In this document: piece after piece, positions 60,945 to 64,000 of the stretch
How the letters are laid out: every line of letters starts with the position of its first letter
Numbering within the stretch: position 1 is the first letter of the stretch
DNA from: an uncultured Spirochaetota bacterium
Lineage (GTDB): Bacteria > Spirochaetota > Spirochaetia > SZUA-6 > Fen-1364
NCBI GenBank assembly: GCA_963845535.1
Contig: CAWJSK010000004.1
Coordinates: 1 to 64,000, forward strand
Length of the DNA stretch: 64,000 nt
Direction of reading: 5' to 3'
Notes under the pieces: generated by a model
Databases searched by the model: none
Told to the model about the DNA's origin: nothing
The model's input: the letters and a program-made list of their open reading frames with translations, nothing else
Position numbers and translations under genes: made by a program

Positions 60945-61991
60945 CTAGTGTGCTTGTGCGAGCTCGGGATCCAGCTTGAACGCGGCTTGCTGAAACTCCA
61001 GGAAGAGGCGCCGACGAATGGCGGTGTCGGCGAGGCCGAAGCGCAGGCCGTTGAGGTTGAGCTGCCACAGCTCCGCCATGCTCAACCCGACCTCATCACG
61101 GGCTCTCTGCCATTCACGCAGGAGGTCGGTTGAAAAGAACGGGGGATCATCCGTGGAAAGGGTGACCGGTACCCCCGCCTCCATCATGCGGCGCACGGGA
61201 TGCGCGCGTACAGAAGGGACGACTTTCAGGCATTCGTTGCTCGTGAGGGCGACGTCACAGCAGATGCGCCTCTCCGCAAGGAGGGTGAGGACTGCGGGGT
61301 CCTCTACGGCCCTCACTCCATGCTCGACCCGGCGCACGGCAAGGTCCACAACAGCCTGACGGACGTGCTCCGCGCCGCCCGTTTCTCCCGCGTGCGCCAC
61401 GGTCGAATACCCCGCATTCCGCGCCCGGTCGAACCAGCGGGCAAAGCCGCTCCGGGGCAGTCCGGCTTCCGGTCCACCGAGCCCCAGGGCCACAATGAGA
61501 GGGTTGGCCTCCCGTTCGAGCAGCTCGAGGGTGTAGGGGGCGCTTGCATCCGCCGACTCCCCGGAGATATCGGTGATGATCCTGACTACCGGCCCGCCGC
61601 CGGACTCCGAGCTCACGAGCTTGCGGCTGACGATGGAAAGCGCGCGCCCGCCGCCAATACCGAGCTTTTCGTGATTATAGGGAGTGAAGTGGACCTCGGC
61701 GTACCGTATGTTCTGCCGGGAGCATTCGCCAAGAAAGCCGTCCACCATGCGTTCATAGTCGCTTTCGGTTCGAAGGCAGGAGCACATCAGGAGCCACAAT
61801 TCGATGAACGCATCGAAGTTCCTGAACTCGTACAGCCGTTGCAGCTCCTCGAACGTGCCGACGGGAAGGGCGACATGATTGGCCTTGGCCATGGCCCAAA
61901 GAGTCCGTGGCGAAATGGTTCCTTCCAGGTGAAGATGCATTTCGGCTTTGGGAAGCCGGGCAATAAGCTCATCCATGAAGGCGAACGACAC
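60945..61991 (-). CDS. add: Adenosine/adenine deaminase (ADA family)
   Basis: PKAEMHLHLEG, AHAGE, EHG, STDDPPFF. Confidence 0.9.
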   Translation of the reverse strand: MSFAFMDELIARLPKAEMHLHLEGTISPRTLWAMAKANHVALPVGTFEELQRLYEFRNFDAFIELWLLMCSCLRTESDYERMVDGFLGECSRQNIRYAEVHFTPYNHEKLGIGGGRALSIVSRKLVSSESGGGPVVRIITDISGESADASAPYTLELLEREANPLIVALGLGGPEAGLPRSGFARWFDRARNAGYSTVAHAGETGGAEHVRQAVVDLAVRRVEHGVRAVEDPAVLTLLAERRICCDVALTSNECLKVVPSVRAHPVRRMMEAGVPVTLSTDDPPFFSTDLLREWQRARDEVGLSMAELWQLNLNGLRFGLADTAIRRRLFLEFQQAAFKLDPELAQAH

Positions 61992-62406
61992 CTTTCTTCA
62001 GGATGATGTTGGCATACAGGGCGGTTTCCCCTGTTGCCAGGACGGCAAACGCCTCCCGTGAGCGCGCGTAGAAGGCGAACCGCTCCACCATCTCGAAGTC
62101 CTTGAAACCCGGCTCATGGCGGCGAACGATTGTGCGAAACTCATCCCAGATGACGGGCTTCGTCTGGTCACCCGGCACCACGGACATCAGCGCCGCAGGC
62201 CTTTCGACAAAGGAGTCCAGCGGAAAGAGCGCCAAGATGGCGTCCAGAAGCGCAGGGACAGCGTGGCCGTCCGCCCTGACGAGCCTGCGGGCCATGCCGG
62301 CGGAAGGAAAGTTGCCGTCAGCAATGACCAGCTCATCCCCGTGACCCATCTCAGCAATGATTTTCAGAAGCTCGGGAGAAAGCAGCGGAGAGATTCCTTT
62401 GAGCAT
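61969..62406 (-). CDS. fucU: RbsD/FucU family mutarotase
   Basis: MGHGDELVIADGNFP, ERFAFY, YANIILKKGV. Confidence 0.9.
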   Translation of the reverse strand: MLKGISPLLSPELLKIIAEMGHGDELVIADGNFPSAGMARRLVRADGHAVPALLDAILALFPLDSFVERPAALMSVVPGDQTKPVIWDEFRTIVRRHEPGFKDFEMVERFAFYARSREAFAVLATGETALYANIILKKGVVRLHG

Positions 62407-62491
62407 ATGTGCCTCTCGTTTCGAGGGACGGTAGCACCCCGGCTTGCCGCTGTCAATTGATCTCCTGCTGCCGCTGTCATATTCTCTGCAC

Positions 62492-62995
62492 ATGAAGAAG
62501 ATCCCTGCCATGGCGTTGTGTCTTTCCTTCGCGGTTTTGGCAGCGCTTCCGGCGCGGGCACAAAGCTCGGGAACAGCGGCCGCGGCGCCGTGCTCCGATC
62601 CGATGTCCGTTGTAAAAGCCTTCTATGATTCCAACGACGCCGGACGCTTTGATGCAAGCCTGAAGTACCTCGCGGATGACGTTGCTTTTGCCACGTGGGC
62701 CACGGGAGTCAACGGCCACCAGATGGTCTTGCGGCATTTGAAAGGCAAGGCGGCCCTACGGAAATTCCTGGGCCAGGGCCGTGGACTTCGCAGACGCCTT
62801 CCGGATTCACCGCCGGACGGCCCGGTGTACCATGAGAACCGCATCAGCGTTTCGGGGAACGAGGTGAAGTTCGTGCTCGAACCCGACAGGAAGCGTCCCA
62901 ACGGCGGGCTCTACGACTACTTCAGCGTCGACGCGATGCTGGAGGGCTGTCGGATAAAGTCACTGACCGTGATTGAACAGATCACCTGGCTGTAG
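62492..62995 (+). CDS. Secreted NTF2/SnoaL-like protein
   Basis: Signal peptide; VVKAFYDSNDAGRFDASLKYLADDV; GCRIKSL. Confidence 0.7.
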   Translation: MKKIPAMALCLSFAVLAALPARAQSSGTAAAAPCSDPMSVVKAFYDSNDAGRFDASLKYLADDVAFATWATGVNGHQMVLRHLKGKAALRKFLGQGRGLRRRLPDSPPDGPVYHENRISVSGNEVKFVLEPDRKRPNGGLYDYFSVDAMLEGCRIKSLTVIEQITWL

Positions 62996-63086
62996 ATAAA
63001 CATCGTAGATAAGCATCGTTGACAATAAACGGCCTCCTTGATTGCGCCCATCATCTCCCCTACACTGTTCGGGCAAGAGGGCGACA

Positions 63087-64000
63087 GTGATGGGAATGGA
63101 CAATTTCTGGCTGAAGGATTCGCGCAAGCTCGTCGACGTGGCTGTCGGGCGAAAGCCGGCAGACATCGTTATCAGTGACGGCAGATGGGTGTGCGTCCAG
63201 TCAGGGGAAGTCATTGAGCATACCGATGTCGCTGTCTCAGGACACCGCATTGCATACGTCGGGGATGACGCTCGCCATGCAATCGGTCCGGACACGGTTG
63301 TCCTGGAGGCAGAAGGCCGTTGCCTCGTGCCCGGCCTCCTGGACGGGCACATGCATGTCGAATCCGGAATGCTCACCGTGACTGAGTTCGTGCGCGCGGT
63401 GCTCCCGCATGGGACAACGGGCATGTTCATCGACCCTCATGAAATTGCGAACGTCCTGGGGCTGCGCGGCGTACGTCTCATGGTGGACGAGGCCGGCCAG
63501 CAACCCATCCACGTCTTTGTCCAGGTGCCAAGCTGTGTGCCGTCCGCCCCGGGGCTTGAGACCCCTGGCGCGGTGATCGGGCCGTCCGAGGTTGAGGAGG
63601 CGCTCACGTGGCCCGGCATCATCGGCCTGGGTGAGATGATGAACTTCCCCGGCGTTTACAACGGCAATGACAAGGTCCACGCGGAGATGTCAGCCACGCG
63701 CCAGGCGGAAAAAGTGATCGGCGGGCACTACCCTTCCCCCGATCTGGGGCTCCCTTTCCACGGATACGCGGCGGGAGGGCCGCAGGATGACCACGAGGGC
63801 ACGCGGGAGGAAGACGCTGTTGCGCGGATCCGCCAGGGCATGCGCGTGATGCTGCGCTACGGCTCGGCCTGGCACGACGTTGCGGCCCAGCTTCCCGCGG
63901 TGACTCGCGGGGGACTGGACCCTCGTCATTTCATCCTCTGCACGGATGACTCCCATTCGGAAACGCTCGTGACAGAGGGGCACATGGACCGGGTGCTTCG
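63087..64000 (+). CDS. ade: Adenine deaminase (partial, runs off window)
   Basis: PGLLDGHMHVESGM, DPHEIANVLG, GEMMNFPGV, DDHE, CTDD. Confidence 0.93.
   Translation, partial: MMGMDNFWLKDSRKLVDVAVGRKPADIVISDGRWVCVQSGEVIEHTDVAVSGHRIAYVGDDARHAIGPDTVVLEAEGRCLVPGLLDGHMHVESGMLTVTEFVRAVLPHGTTGMFIDPHEIANVLGLRGVRLMVDEAGQQPIHVFVQVPSCVPSAPGLETPGAVIGPSEVEEALTWPGIIGLGEMMNFPGVYNGNDKVHAEMSATRQAEKVIGGHYPSPDLGLPFHGYAAGGPQDDHEGTREEDAVARIRQGMRVMLRYGSAWHDVAAQLPAVTRGGLDPRHFILCTDDSHSETLVTEGHMDRVL

Noticed and set aside
5739..63983. Numerous long antisense or alternate-frame ORFs
   Set aside because: Shadow ORFs expected in high-GC DNA; they overlap well-supported genes and show no family motifs.

Overview
GC-rich chromosomal window from an anaerobe, probably a free-living Spirochaetia (inferred from the TatT/TPAT transporter and overall gene style). 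Left end: a complete integron (long 495-aa IntI, attI, four full 114-116 bp attC sites plus one truncated, five cassettes including yefM-yoeB, a DUF4258/YgiT pair and two without a clear ORF). Then NfeD/SPFH, a TPAT-TRAP transporter, a GAF-HD-GYP protein and nagA. The [FeFe]-hydrogenase maturation operon (TM1266-hydG-aspA-hydF-hydE) has a riboswitch-like leader and lies between two paralogous atypical class III nucleotide cyclases. Further right: gpmA, an HTH-PTS-IIA-led Ehr (Ni-free group 4 hydrogenase-related) operon, an SBP/HK/sigma54 system with an ABC transporter, dus, fhs, pyrF-pyrE/pyrD/pyrK, an orphan DNA methyltransferase, alaX and purine deaminases. More than a dozen genes carry single-base frameshifts, most likely assembly errors. 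Best novelty candidates: the hyd leader RNA, the cyclase pair, the ORF-less cassettes with extended IntI, and widespread leaderless promoters. All calls come from manual motif recognition; no database searches were run.
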